This document shows positions 1 through 8,915 of a stretch of 45,742 bases of DNA, piece after piece (the first letter of the stretch is position 1; each line of letters begins with the position of its first letter). Under the pieces are notes generated by a model. It was not told where the DNA came from and did not search any database. It worked only from the letters and a program-made list of their open reading frames with translations. Source of the stretch: Candidatus Woesearchaeota archaeon (GTDB taxonomy: Archaea > Nanobdellota > Nanobdellia > Pacearchaeales > GW2011-AR1). The position numbers were made by a program, and so were the translations under genes. The stretch spans positions 1 through 45,742 of the forward strand of contig CAZHMB010000003.1 in NCBI GenBank assembly GCA_964533515.1. Direction: 5' to 3'.

Positions 1-477
1 GGAACAATAATACATCACGTCTTTTATTACGAAAGTCAAAATTCGGAAGAAGAACCAGTTTCAAGTTACCTCCAGACCGCAGAGGATATAGACTACCAAG
101 AAATATACAAACGGCTATGGAGCTCTTCTGAAAAGCCCTCTGCAAACGACACTAGTTTAATCGGTGCTAAGGATGTTAAAAACAAACTAATGAAAATCTC
201 TATTGAAACAATTCTAACGATTCTTGTAGTATTAATCGTTCTTGGAATGGCAGGTATTTTATTTAGATACAAAAGACAAGTCATCTATTTTTTCAAAAAC
301 ATAAGACCAACACGAATAAACACTCCAAAAAAATACAACAAAAATTTCGAACAAACCAACAAATCCAAAGACCAAGAATATTTCCCGGATTTAACAGACT
401 GCAAACACCAAATAACAAACCAATGCAAAAACAAAACTTCTTTTCAAAAGTTAAAGAGATTTTTTCAAAGTTTGTAA
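1..477 (+). CDS. Partial CDS (5' end outside window); hypothetical protein with C-terminal TM anchor
   Basis: Frame 1 is open from nt 1 (GTIIHHVFYYESQNSEEEPVSSYLQ...) and runs into the listed 190..477 ORF. One hydrophobic helix (ILTILVVLIVLGMAGILF) is followed by a basic tail. No family recognised. Confidence 0.5.
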   Translation, partial: GTIIHHVFYYESQNSEEEPVSSYLQTAEDIDYQEIYKRLWSSSEKPSANDTSLIGAKDVKNKLMKISIETILTILVVLIVLGMAGILFRYKRQVIYFFKNIRPTRINTPKKYNKNFEQTNKSKDQEYFPDLTDCKHQITNQCKNKTSFQKLKRFFQSL

Positions 478-506
478 ATATCTTTAGAGATTGAGATATA
501 AATTAA

Positions 507-528
507 AGGGACGCCTTTCGGCGCCCCT
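507..528 (-). terminator. GC-rich hairpin with GAAA loop immediately 3' of tRNA-Tyr
   Basis: Minus-strand reading is AGGGGCGCC-GAAA-GGCGTCCCT (9 bp including one G:U), followed by TTTAATTT. It is an isolated GC island in an AT-rich spacer. Confidence 0.4.
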
Positions 529-533
529 CTTTA

Positions 534-695
534 TCCCCCCACCAAGATTTGAACTTGGGATCTTCCGGGTCCTGTTAAATATATAACACAAACCGAACTG
601 GCTTATCGAATTTCACAGTTATCCTCTAAGAAGAGGAATCTCCATCCTAGTCATTTAACTACAGCCAGACGCTTTAACCACTAAGCTATGGAGGG
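534..695 (-). tRNA. tRNA-Tyr (anticodon GTA) with an intron of about 89 nt after position 37
   Basis: Minus strand: CCCTCCA-TA-GCTT-AGTGGTTA-AAGC-G-TCTGG-CTGTAG / intron / C-CCGGA-AGATC-CCAAG-TTCAAAT-CTTGG-TGGGGGG-A. The C1:G72 pair with A73 is the archaeal/eukaryal tRNA-Tyr identity set. Intron ends TTAAAT...ATTTAA are complementary. CCA is not encoded. Confidence 0.8.
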
Positions 696-744
696 CTTGA
701 AAACACAAGCAAGAAGGAGTTTTTAAAATTATTGATGTTGAAAA

Positions 745-954
745 TTATTTAGAAATCTTTCCATCTTTGATTATCTCATTATTTTCTTCATCTCTTAAAT
801 ACCATATGCCTCCCCCACTTAATGCGAGATGCCCTGCTTCTTTAGAACCTTTTAATCCAATCTTAAAATCTGTTCTCCATTCTTCTTCAGAAGCATAATT
901 AATTGGTTCTACAAAATGGAGTTTATCACCTATTTCTTTATCTTTTTTTGACAT
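745..954 (-). CDS. Hypothetical 69-aa protein
   Basis: The internal ATG at 954 lies 2 nt after the stop of the upstream 957..1196 ORF (TAA-AA-ATG). The listed longer N-terminus would overlap that gene. No family recognised. Confidence 0.45.
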   Translation of the reverse strand: MSKKDKEIGDKLHFVEPINYASEEEWRTDFKIGLKGSKEAGHLALSGGGIWYLRDEENNEIIKDGKISK

Positions 955-956
955 TT

Positions 957-1196
957 TTATTTCTCCCTCGCCTTCTTCGCTTTTAACCACGCTAAAAGTA
1001 AGAAAATAAAACCAAGAGCATATAACAAATAAACAAACGGTGAGAAGAGTTCTCCCCTAACACACGCAAAGATATTTGCCATTGTTACTTCATCATTAAT
1101 ATCACAAAATGATTTCCATTGCATACTTATTTTTGCAAAAAACATTCCTAATACAATAAACGAAGCCCCTAGAATACTCCACTCTCTTGGTTCCAT
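957..1196 (-). CDS. Small membrane protein (2 predicted TM helices)
   Basis: Two hydrophobic stretches (ILGASFIVLGMFFAKI and FVYLLYALGFIFLLLAWL). Translationally coupled to the 745..954 ORF. Confidence 0.5.
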   Translation of the reverse strand: MEPREWSILGASFIVLGMFFAKISMQWKSFCDINDEVTMANIFACVRGELFSPFVYLLYALGFIFLLLAWLKAKKAREK

Positions 1197-1346
1197 TTTA
1201 TACCGAATAACGCAATATTTAAAAACTTATCCTTCCTTAAAAAAATAGAACTTTTAGAGAAGTTTTTCTCTTTAGGTTTCTGATAGGGATTAAAAACAAA
1301 AAAAAGAGTGAGACTTGAATTCACTAAGATATATAAAAACAAGAAA

Positions 1347-1703
1347 ATGAAGAAAGTTAAAATAGCACAAACAAGGACTTATCTAGAATCGCTGATAAAA
1401 CTTAAGGATAACTCTGTAAGAGAAGCGGTTACAAAAAAAGTCCTTAAACTTTTAGATAATCCGAACTTGGCAGTTCCAATGGGAAAGCAACATTTTGGAA
1501 TATGCGAAATAAAAGTAACTGGAAAATATCGAATATATTGTTTAAGGAAAGAGAGGGCAATTATTCTTTTTTTACTTGGTCCAGTAATTAACCATAATAA
1601 AAACTTTGGGAAAAGCAAAGAGTATAAAAAACTTTTTTCACAATTAAGATCTCTAGAAGAAGATAAAACATCTAAAAAATTAATCAAAGAACTAATTGGT
1701 TAA
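1347..1703 (+). CDS. RelE/ParE-superfamily-like toxin (tentative)
   Basis: The core ...KKVLKLLDNPNLAVPMGKQHFGICEIKVTGKYRIYCLRKERAIILFLLGP... follows the RelE/ParE layout (helical N-terminus, G-x-YRI-x-Y strand, hydrophobic strand, G-x basic end). The start is ambiguous: GTG at 1308 or ATG at 1347. Confidence 0.45.
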   Translation: MKKVKIAQTRTYLESLIKLKDNSVREAVTKKVLKLLDNPNLAVPMGKQHFGICEIKVTGKYRIYCLRKERAIILFLLGPVINHNKNFGKSKEYKKLFSQLRSLEEDKTSKKLIKELIG

Positions 1704-1847
1704 TAAAACATAATCTCCCTTCTTAAAATCATCAACTGCTGAAATTAGTCCCTTTGTTAATTCTTGATTAACCAATACTTTTAGCATTTCCTTTAACTTT
1801 CTATTTTCAATCTTCAATTTTTCCATTTCATTCATTTGTGTTTTCAT
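1692..1847 (-). CDS. Unlisted 51-aa coiled-coil ORF, convergent with and overlapping the RelE-like gene
   Basis: Hand translation: MKTQMNEMEKLKIENRKLKEMLKVLVNQELTKGLISAVDDFKKGDYVLLTN*. It is below the 60-aa cut-off of the ORF track and overlaps 12 nt of the 3' end of the plus-strand gene. Confidence 0.25.
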   Translation of the reverse strand: MKTQMNEMEKLKIENRKLKEMLKVLVNQELTKGLISAVDDFKKGDYVLLTN

Positions 1848-2000
1848 TTTAAAATCGTAACACTTTTACTTAAAGAAATATACACAACACTCTTTATAAA
1901 CTTTTTTGATACCATCTTTTCAAATCTTCCTGTAACATTATGTTACTCCAGATTTATAAACTTATCGGAAAAAGGTATTATTAATACAAAAAACTTTCCC

Positions 2001-3407
2001 CTATTCCTCTTCTTTCCCACTCTGCTCAGAAACAAAATACGCATTATTCGAATTGCTTTCTTTGATCTTGCCATCTCTTTCATAAATCGCATTCGCTGAA
2101 GGCAAAGCAAACTTCCCAAAAACCCCAACCTTCGAATAAATAATATAACTCAATACTCTAACTTCTCCTGGCTCCAACTTTTCATACTCCCACCTAATAA
2201 TTCCCTTTTTATCATCAGCAACCTTCGGCTCTTCAACCCCAAACTTATTGAACAACTTCACCATCTTAGGAAGCCTATCAGTTATTGAAATCTTCTCAAC
2301 ATATTTCTTAGCAGAAACCTTCAATGTAACTCTCAAAGCGAACTCTCCGCCCTTAGCATTAACAAAAGAAACCTTCTTCTTCAACACAACATCTGTCTTC
2401 TTATACTGCTTAACCAAAACAACAATAACAACCAACAGAATAATAACTATCAAAGGAAAAATCCAATTTGTTTTAACTTTAATCTCCAGCTCTTCTCCCG
2501 GATTCAGCTCTGAATTCCATGTATAATAAACAGTTCCTCTCTTCCTATTGACTATGTCTGGTTCAGGTGAGAAAGTGGTAAACAACCTAGAGATAATACC
2601 TTTGCTAATAGTCTCTGTAATCTCATCAACCGTATTTCCATTATTTGTTTTAGTTATTGTCAATGTCGAGACCAAAAAACCACGATTCTCTTTTTCAGTA
2701 TCGATATCATTATTCTCAACAAACTTAATCACACCCTTTATTTCATCCGTCAAGTTTTGGGCTTCTATCTCTGCAGTCAAAGTATAAAACCCTGCAAAAA
2801 GCTGTTTGTAATTTTCCTTATCCAACTCAATTGTAAACTGTTCTCTCCCTTCACCCTCCAAGGAAAAATTCTTCTCGACCTCAAAAAAGTTAGAACTAAA
2901 CTTAACTTTTACATCCTCGAAATCTATTTTCTCTTTATTTTCTATATAAATTTCTATTGAATTTTCATTTGAATCAAAATCTTCTGCACCAATTTTAAAC
3001 ACATCCCCAAGAGATAAAATCCTGAGGGTCTTCTGCAGCTCAATCCTATCGCTTCCATCCTCTGTCCTTATGTAATAAGTAAAAAGATACCTCGCGTCAT
3101 CAAGAGTTTGTCTCGGAAACACAATCATTTCTATCTCTTCAGTTTTATTCTCCCCAACATAAAAAGAATCCCGGGGAGTCATATCATAACCCAAAAGATT
3201 ATACAATCTAAATTTTCCACCATCCCCACTATTGGAAACCTCTAAATTAAAGACCGCTGGCTTGTCTAAGCCCCGAATCATAACATCATTGACCGTTTCT
3301 ACTTCAACATCGAGAGTTTCATTCAACCCCGCATTAACAAAAGAAATAGAATTTACGATTAGACATAGAATCAACATAATTCCAAAAACAAATTTTAAAC
3401 TTCTCAT
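2001..3407 (-). CDS. Signal-peptide protein with beta-sandwich (CARDB/DUF11-like) segments and one internal TM helix
   Basis: N-terminal signal/anchor is FVFGIMLILCLIVNSISFVNA. The body is beta-rich and repetitive. The TM helix is WIFPLIVIILLVVIVVLV. The C-terminal segment ISITDRLPKMVKL...EKLEPGEVRVLSYIIYSK resembles the DUF11 conserved repeat. Confidence 0.7.
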   Translation of the reverse strand: MRSLKFVFGIMLILCLIVNSISFVNAGLNETLDVEVETVNDVMIRGLDKPAVFNLEVSNSGDGGKFRLYNLLGYDMTPRDSFYVGENKTEEIEMIVFPRQTLDDARYLFTYYIRTEDGSDRIELQKTLRILSLGDVFKIGAEDFDSNENSIEIYIENKEKIDFEDVKVKFSSNFFEVEKNFSLEGEGREQFTIELDKENYKQLFAGFYTLTAEIEAQNLTDEIKGVIKFVENNDIDTEKENRGFLVSTLTITKTNNGNTVDEITETISKGIISRLFTTFSPEPDIVNRKRGTVYYTWNSELNPGEELEIKVKTNWIFPLIVIILLVVIVVLVKQYKKTDVVLKKKVSFVNAKGGEFALRVTLKVSAKKYVEKISITDRLPKMVKLFNKFGVEEPKVADDKKGIIRWEYEKLEPGEVRVLSYIIYSKVGVFGKFALPSANAIYERDGKIKESNSNNAYFVSEQSGKEEE

Positions 3408-3457
3408 AAAAAACTCAGACTAGATATATATTTAAGACTTGTGGTGATGAAATGCAA

Positions 3458-3961
3458 CTATTTCCGACCTTCAAGTGAAAGATACGCTTTCGCCTGTTCT
3501 AAAAATTCACTACTTTTAGTAGCTATAACATCCTCAAACTGATCTACCATCGAAGGTATAATATATTTATCATATACCCCTCTCATAAACTTTTTCAGAG
3601 CAGAACTTACGAATTTTCCATCATAATCTCTTTCAAGCGTACCCGTCATTTTAATCTCAAAGTTCCCGCTATTAGTCTTTATCTTTTTCCCTTCTTGCTG
3701 AATCTCAACATTTTGCAACTGCAGAATTCTAAATTTAATCTTTGCATTAAACTTAAAATAATCTGTAAACGCCCTGCTCCCCTCCCATTCAAATTCAACT
3801 TCCTTGCTATCTCCTGCTACTTTTTCAATATATTTCGTTTCTTTAACACCTAAACCTGTTTCCTCTTCGAGCCATTCAAAACAAAATTTATAAAAATCCT
3901 TAAAATTAGCAACGCCAATGTACTTCACTTTGCTTGAAAACACTTCTTTTTTCTCGCCCAT
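3458..3961 (-). CDS. Hypothetical protein (167 aa)
   Basis: Long clean ORF of normal composition with no competing frame. No motif recognised. Confidence 0.65.
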   Translation of the reverse strand: MGEKKEVFSSKVKYIGVANFKDFYKFCFEWLEEETGLGVKETKYIEKVAGDSKEVEFEWEGSRAFTDYFKFNAKIKFRILQLQNVEIQQEGKKIKTNSGNFEIKMTGTLERDYDGKFVSSALKKFMRGVYDKYIIPSMVDQFEDVIATKSSEFLEQAKAYLSLEGRK

Positions 3962-4013
3962 ATTAAAACTCCCAGTTATTCTATATTTAAAAACTCTTCG
4001 GATTTAAATTTCT

Positions 4014-4619
4014 TCAAATTCCTTCCTTACAACTTTCACAAACCAGGGAACCATTAACATTATACAATAAATCTAACTGCCCACATTCCTCGCACATTCC
4101 TTCTTTGACAAAATTTCTCTCACTTGCCTTCTGAATTCTTTTCAATTTCTCAGATTCCTCCCTGATGCTAGCAAATTCCTCAAGCTCAGGATAAAGCTCC
4201 GGCTTAAAATTCAAGATATCTCGGGTAGTAATCAACCCCACCAACTCTCCGGCTTTAATAACCGGCAGTTTCTCAAACTTATATTTATTCATTTTTTGCA
4301 TTGCATCTTTTAGAGTAGCAGAAGGCCGAATGGTCGCAAGCTTCCTAGGGGAAATATCTATTGCTTTAATTTTCACCAGTTGATCCTGAGATCTTTTTGT
4401 CAACGCCCACAAAATATCTTTTTCAGAAAGGATCCCAACAAGTTTCTTTTCATTAACGAGAAGCAAACTTCCAACCTTGCCTTTAACCATTTGTTTAGCA
4501 CAATCTAAAAGATTCATCTCTGGCTTTGCAACCACAGGATTTCGCGTCATCACGTCAGCAACTATCGGGATACCCATAAAAAACGATGGGAACGCCGTCT
4601 TATAAAGATATTTTAGCAC
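4014..4619 (-). CDS. CBS-domain pair protein with C-terminal zinc ribbon
   Basis: Two CBS repeats (VADVMTRNPVVAKPEMNLLDCAKQM...VGILSEKDIL and ISPRKLATIRPSATLKDAMQKM...VGLITTRDIL), then CEECG...CESC. The true start may be the internal M at 4574. Confidence 0.8.
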   Translation of the reverse strand: MLKYLYKTAFPSFFMGIPIVADVMTRNPVVAKPEMNLLDCAKQMVKGKVGSLLLVNEKKLVGILSEKDILWALTKRSQDQLVKIKAIDISPRKLATIRPSATLKDAMQKMNKYKFEKLPVIKAGELVGLITTRDILNFKPELYPELEEFASIREESEKLKRIQKASERNFVKEGMCEECGQLDLLYNVNGSLVCESCKEGI

Positions 4620-4724
4620 TCAACAGTTGTTTCAAATCACAACAATGCTTTTAAACGAATTTTCAACCCCATTATCCAACTCCACCACATAAATCCTTAA
4701 AAATCCCTAATACTTTTTCTCTGC

Positions 4725-6335
4725 ATGGCTGAAGAATTTCTATCGGAAAATACAGAAAGAACAATTGGAAGAAACGCTCAAAAGAATAATATCGCTGCCG
4801 CAAAAGCCGTTGCCGATATAGTTAAAACAACTCTTGGTCCAAAAGGCATGGACAAAATGCTTCTAAGCCCAGACGGAGATTTGATAGTCACAAACGACGG
4901 AGTAACAATTCTCGAAGAAATGCAAATAGAACACCCTGCTGCAAAAACATTGGTAGAAGTTGCTCAAACCCAAGAAGCAGAAGTAGGAGACGGGACAACA
5001 ACCGCAGTAATGTTGGCAGGAAAACTCTTAGAGAACGCGGAAAAATTATTAGACAAGAAAATCCACCCGACCGCCATAGCAAAAGGTTACAAGCTAGCAG
5101 CAGAAAAATCACAAGAGATCCTAAAAGAAATCTCATTAAGAGTCACGCCCGATAACTTGGATGTTTTAAAACAAATAGCAATGACTGCCATGACCGGAAA
5201 AGGAGCCGAAGCAGAAAAAGAAAAACTTTCTGAAATAATTGTAAACGCGGTAAAACAAATTTCACAAGGATTAAATCCAGAAGAAATAAATCTTAACAAC
5301 ATTAAAATAGAAAAATCTAGAGGTGACGGAATTTCGCAAACAGAATTGATATCCGGAATTGTTTTGGATAAAGAAAAAACCTCAAACGAAATGCCAACAT
5401 TAATTCAAGATGCAAAAATTGCTTTGATTGATTTCCCTTTGGAAATAAAAAACCCCGAGATTGAAACTAGAATATCTGTTACAAGTCCTGAACAACTTCA
5501 AAGTTTTCTAAGTCAAGAAGAATCCTCAATAAGAAATATGGTTGAAAAAATCTCTCAACAAAACGTGAACGTCTTGATATGTCAAAAAGGAATTGATGAT
5601 TTTGCCCAATATCTTCTTGCGAAAAAAGGAATTTATGCATTAAGACGAGTTGCAAGAAACGATATAGAAAAAATAGCAAAAGCAACTGCAGCAAAAATAA
5701 CTTCAAGTTTAGATGAACTCACAGAATCTGAACTAGGAACAGCAAAAGAAGTCAAAGAAAAGATCTCATCTGGAGAAGCTTTCACTTATATAACCGGATG
5801 CCAAAACCCAAAAGCTTTGACAATCCTCATAAAGGGAGGAAGCGAACATGTCATGGACGAAGTAAAAAGAGCAATTCTCGACGGCCTCGGAGATGTTGCC
5901 TCATGTTTAAAATCCGGCCTTGTAGTTGCTGGCGGCGGAGCGATCGAAATGGAACTTGCAAAACAACTTGAAGAATATTCAAAAACACTCTCAGGAAGAG
6001 AACAGCTCGCTGTTAAAGAATTCGCATCAGCATTAGAATTCATTCCAATAACTTTAGCAGAAAACTCCGGCCTTGACCCCATAGACACTTTAACGGAATT
6101 AAAATCATTACATTCTCAAGGACAGAAAAATATGGGCTTAAATCTTTTTGAAAATAAAATAGCAGATACACTTCAAGCAAGAATTCTCGAGCCATGGAAG
6201 ATAAAGTCCCAAGCAATCAGCTCAGCAACCGAAGTTGCCATAATGATTCTTCGAATCGATGATATAATTGCATCAAAGCCAAAAGAACCAAAAGAAACTT
6301 CTGAAAAAGGAAAATTTGTCGAAGGTTTTGAATGA
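4725..6335 (+). CDS. ths: Thermosome subunit (group II chaperonin)
   Basis: Motifs [28 protein letters not shown] and VAGGGAIE are present. Length is 536 aa with a charged C-terminal tail. Confidence 0.97.
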   Translation: MAEEFLSENTERTIGRNAQKNNIAAAKAVADIVKTTLGPKGMDKMLLSPDGDLIVTNDGVTILEEMQIEHPAAKTLVEVAQTQEAEVGDGTTTAVMLAGKLLENAEKLLDKKIHPTAIAKGYKLAAEKSQEILKEISLRVTPDNLDVLKQIAMTAMTGKGAEAEKEKLSEIIVNAVKQISQGLNPEEINLNNIKIEKSRGDGISQTELISGIVLDKEKTSNEMPTLIQDAKIALIDFPLEIKNPEIETRISVTSPEQLQSFLSQEESSIRNMVEKISQQNVNVLICQKGIDDFAQYLLAKKGIYALRRVARNDIEKIAKATAAKITSSLDELTESELGTAKEVKEKISSGEAFTYITGCQNPKALTILIKGGSEHVMDEVKRAILDGLGDVASCLKSGLVVAGGGAIEMELAKQLEEYSKTLSGREQLAVKEFASALEFIPITLAENSGLDPIDTLTELKSLHSQGQKNMGLNLFENKIADTLQARILEPWKIKSQAISSATEVAIMILRIDDIIASKPKEPKETSEKGKFVEGFE

Positions 6336-6340
6336 AGGAA

Positions 6341-6484
6341 TTAATCTTCTTCAATTATTTCTATCCTAATCTCTGCTAATGTCCCGGGCCCTAGCCGATC
6401 TTGAAGTAAAGTCGGAATTATAATTACTGCTTGTTTGCCGTGCTTGGCTATTTTCTTAGTTATTATATAGGTTTTATTTTTCAT
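6341..6484 (-). CDS. Unlisted 47-aa AbrB/SpoVT-like (swapped-hairpin) small protein
   Basis: Hand translation: MKNKTYIITKKIAKHGKQAVIIIPTLLQDRLGPGTLAEIRIEIIEED*. The pattern K-x-G-x-x-x-x-I-x-I-P...L-x-x-G-x-x-h-x-h fits AbrB/MazE-type antitoxin-like domains. The ATG lies 6 nt after the stop of the 6491..7258 ORF. Confidence 0.45.
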   Translation of the reverse strand: MKNKTYIITKKIAKHGKQAVIIIPTLLQDRLGPGTLAEIRIEIIEED

Positions 6485-6490
6485 TTTACC

Positions 6491-7258
6491 TTAATCTCCC
6501 TCCAGTCCTTCTTCTAGCTGAGATAATTTAGGACTAATCCCTCTTCCGACATATGTATTTAGCATATGGGTTACTGAAAAGGCTAATCCATGTTCTTTAG
6601 GGTGATCTAACCAATAGTTAACATCTAAATGAGAGGGATAACTTGCCACCCTTTTTTCTTTATCCATAGATATTTTATCTCTTGATTTTTGAATAAGCTT
6701 AGCCATTATAGTTTTATTTGCACCTTCTCTTTGTGCTGCATGTATCTCGCCAAGGAATGTTCTTTCAGCATAAGCTTTTATCATTTCATCACCGAAATAT
6801 GTTCCTAGATTAAAACCACCATATGGATTTTCATCAGTTTCTCCAGTCATCTTTGCCAGTTGCCTTGCAGTCGGAAGATTGGCTTCAAGAAGACTTTCTA
6901 AAAATCCAAATCTAGAAGACATTCCAGGCAAGGTCAAAAGCTCCGCAAGATATCCTTTATTATCCATTAGGTCAATTAACTCTCCATCAGGCATCTCATG
7001 TTTTGCATGAATTTTCCAAGTCAAACTATCTATTTTGTCCCACAAAGGCCCAACTCTTTTTTCAACCTTTTCTCTATCTTCTTCCCCAAATGCCTTAGAC
7101 CATAGACTATGTGTTAGTTTTACAGCGGATTGTTGCGCAAAATCCCCTTTATATTTATCAACGAAATCATTCCAAGCTGAAATCTCTGCCCCATGGCCAG
7201 CAACATATCTTGCAAAGGTGCCTCCTTCGTCTCTATGTTTTTGTGTTTGATTTGCCAT
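6491..7258 (-). CDS. Orphan protein (255 aa)
   Basis: Clean ORF beginning MANQTQKH, 7 nt downstream of the 7266..7997 ORF. Rich in W/H/G/R compared with housekeeping genes. No family recognised. Confidence 0.7.
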   Translation of the reverse strand: MANQTQKHRDEGGTFARYVAGHGAEISAWNDFVDKYKGDFAQQSAVKLTHSLWSKAFGEEDREKVEKRVGPLWDKIDSLTWKIHAKHEMPDGELIDLMDNKGYLAELLTLPGMSSRFGFLESLLEANLPTARQLAKMTGETDENPYGGFNLGTYFGDEMIKAYAERTFLGEIHAAQREGANKTIMAKLIQKSRDKISMDKEKRVASYPSHLDVNYWLDHPKEHGLAFSVTHMLNTYVGRGISPKLSQLEEGLEGD

Positions 7259-7265
7259 TTTTGTT

Positions 7266-7997
7266 TTAATCTTTCTCCAATTTTTCTTCTGACTTGAGAG
7301 GTTCTCGGATTCCTCTTAATGTACTTTCGAATGAACTCATATAACCTGAACCGCATATTTGTTGTATGTAGATCCAGTCTAGCGGTTTATGAAAGATTTC
7401 TGGGAGGAACATTTGATCACAAGTGTTTTCTTCTGTTGGGCAATAAATGGGAAGACAAACTTCTTTGTGACCTAAGGAATCAAGAAAATCCCCATACTTT
7501 TGGGTTTCTTTACCAAACAAGAATACTGCAAGAGGTTCTTCTCCAAGTCTTTTTGCAGGCACTCGACCATCGTAAATACAAGGATGGCTATAGGGAATCT
7601 GAATTGAATCAGATAATGCTTCTTCTATTTCTTCATCAGTAAGTTTTCTAGAGATTATTGAAAGGGGAGGATTTCCAGGGCAACAAGGGCTTAATGCTTT
7701 TTGGGGATTCTTGATAATTGGAGAATATCTCACTAGGAAATCTCCCTTCTCCCACACAGCTCTCAATGTTCCTTCCCTAGTCCAGTTTCCACTAGGAGTT
7801 CGCCTGGAATCAACGCTAGGACCACTTTGCATCCTTAATCTTACGCTCTCTTCTAGAGATATAATCCTATATCCTTCACGAGAGAATCTATTCAAAGCAT
7901 ATTCCAAATCAGGTTCCCTATATAGATCAATAGTCCCGGAATCAATATCTCCGCTACGTATATCTATTTCTAGTTTATCTTGTGTTTGGTCTGTCAT
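7266..7997 (-). CDS. Orphan protein (243 aa, Cys-containing)
   Basis: Clean ORF beginning MTDQTQDK. Several Cys (SPCCPG, HPCIY, VCLPIYCPTEENTC). No family recognised. Confidence 0.7.
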   Translation of the reverse strand: MTDQTQDKLEIDIRSGDIDSGTIDLYREPDLEYALNRFSREGYRIISLEESVRLRMQSGPSVDSRRTPSGNWTREGTLRAVWEKGDFLVRYSPIIKNPQKALSPCCPGNPPLSIISRKLTDEEIEEALSDSIQIPYSHPCIYDGRVPAKRLGEEPLAVFLFGKETQKYGDFLDSLGHKEVCLPIYCPTEENTCDQMFLPEIFHKPLDWIYIQQICGSGYMSSFESTLRGIREPLKSEEKLEKD

Positions 7998-8130
7998 TTT
8001 TATTTCCCCAAGTAGCTATTATGTAACCACTTGATAATAGCTATAGTAGATAACCATACTTAAACTTCTTTTACCACCAAAAGAGTAAGTAGGCAGAAAG
8101 GCTTAAATATCCAAAATAGATAGATATCCC

Positions 8131-8859
8131 ATGAATAACATAGAAGAGTTGCAATCAGTAGGATTAAACAAGTGGGAATCGCAGACATATTTAGCCTTAC
8201 TCGAATTAGGCGAAACAAAAACAGGGGAGCTATCTAAAAAAGCAGAAGTTCCTCAATCAAAAATATATCCTGTTTTGGATTCTCTTATAAAAAAAGGACT
8301 CGTGAGCTATATCGTGAAAGGTCAGATAAAGTTTTTTCGGGCTTCGGATTACAAAAGGATTCTAACCCTATTCAAAGAAAAAGAAGAGAGGGTTCGAAAC
8401 TTATTAAAAAATATTCCTATTAAACAAGAGGAGAGAGATTCTGTTGAGATATTCCAGGGATTAAAAGCAATTCGTATAATGCTTTCGAGTTTAATTGAAG
8501 ACGCAAAGAAAGGAGAGGACTTGTATGGATTTTCCACTGGAGAGACCTCAGAAAACGAAGAAATTTCAGATTTTTATCATTGGTGGGGCGAAAGAAAGAG
8601 GATTGCTAAGTTAAAAGATCATTTATTATTGTCTGAAAAAAATAGGAAAGAATTTGAAAATTCAATTATCCCAGAAGACAAATCTTATGTAAAAAAGAAA
8701 ACACATTATTCGAAAATCTCTTTCCCAGGAGATGTTGCTATATTTAGAGAAAACGTTATTTTATTTAATTATGAAAGCATTCCCTCCGCAATCCTAATAA
8801 AAAGTAAAGAGATCTCCAGGCAGTATAAAGATTTTTTTCTGAGTATCCAGAAAAACTAA
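8131..8859 (+). CDS. TrmB-family winged-helix transcriptional regulator
   Basis: N-terminal LNKWESQTYLALLELGETKTGELSKKAEVPQSKIYPVLDSLIKKGLVS matches the TrmB wHTH consensus. Divergent from the 6341..7997 orphan operon. Confidence 0.8.
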   Translation: MNNIEELQSVGLNKWESQTYLALLELGETKTGELSKKAEVPQSKIYPVLDSLIKKGLVSYIVKGQIKFFRASDYKRILTLFKEKEERVRNLLKNIPIKQEERDSVEIFQGLKAIRIMLSSLIEDAKKGEDLYGFSTGETSENEEISDFYHWWGERKRIAKLKDHLLLSEKNRKEFENSIIPEDKSYVKKKTHYSKISFPGDVAIFRENVILFNYESIPSAILIKSKEISRQYKDFFLSIQKN

Positions 8860-8881
8860 GCCCCCCCTAATTTTTTATAAA

Positions 8882-8911
8882 AAAGGGAAATTTGTTGAAG
8901 ATTTTGAGTAA
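8882..8911 (+). repeat. 30-nt codon-aligned relic copy of the thermosome 3' end including its stop
   Basis: AAA GGG AAA TTT GTT GAA GAT TTT GAG TAA here versus AAA GGA AAA TTT GTC GAA GGT TTT GAA TGA at 6306..6335. Identity is 25/30, and 4 of the 5 differences are third-position or stop-to-stop changes. No ATG and no extended ORF lie upstream. Confidence 0.55.
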
Positions 8912-8915
8912 AAAT

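Noticed and set aside
6491-7997. HEPN/MNT toxin-antitoxin interpretation of the 255-aa/243-aa pair (RVASYPSH and SGDIDSG strings)
   Set aside because: The motifs are loose and single, and both proteins are about twice the usual size. The evidence is insufficient for a call, so this is mentioned only as a weak hint.
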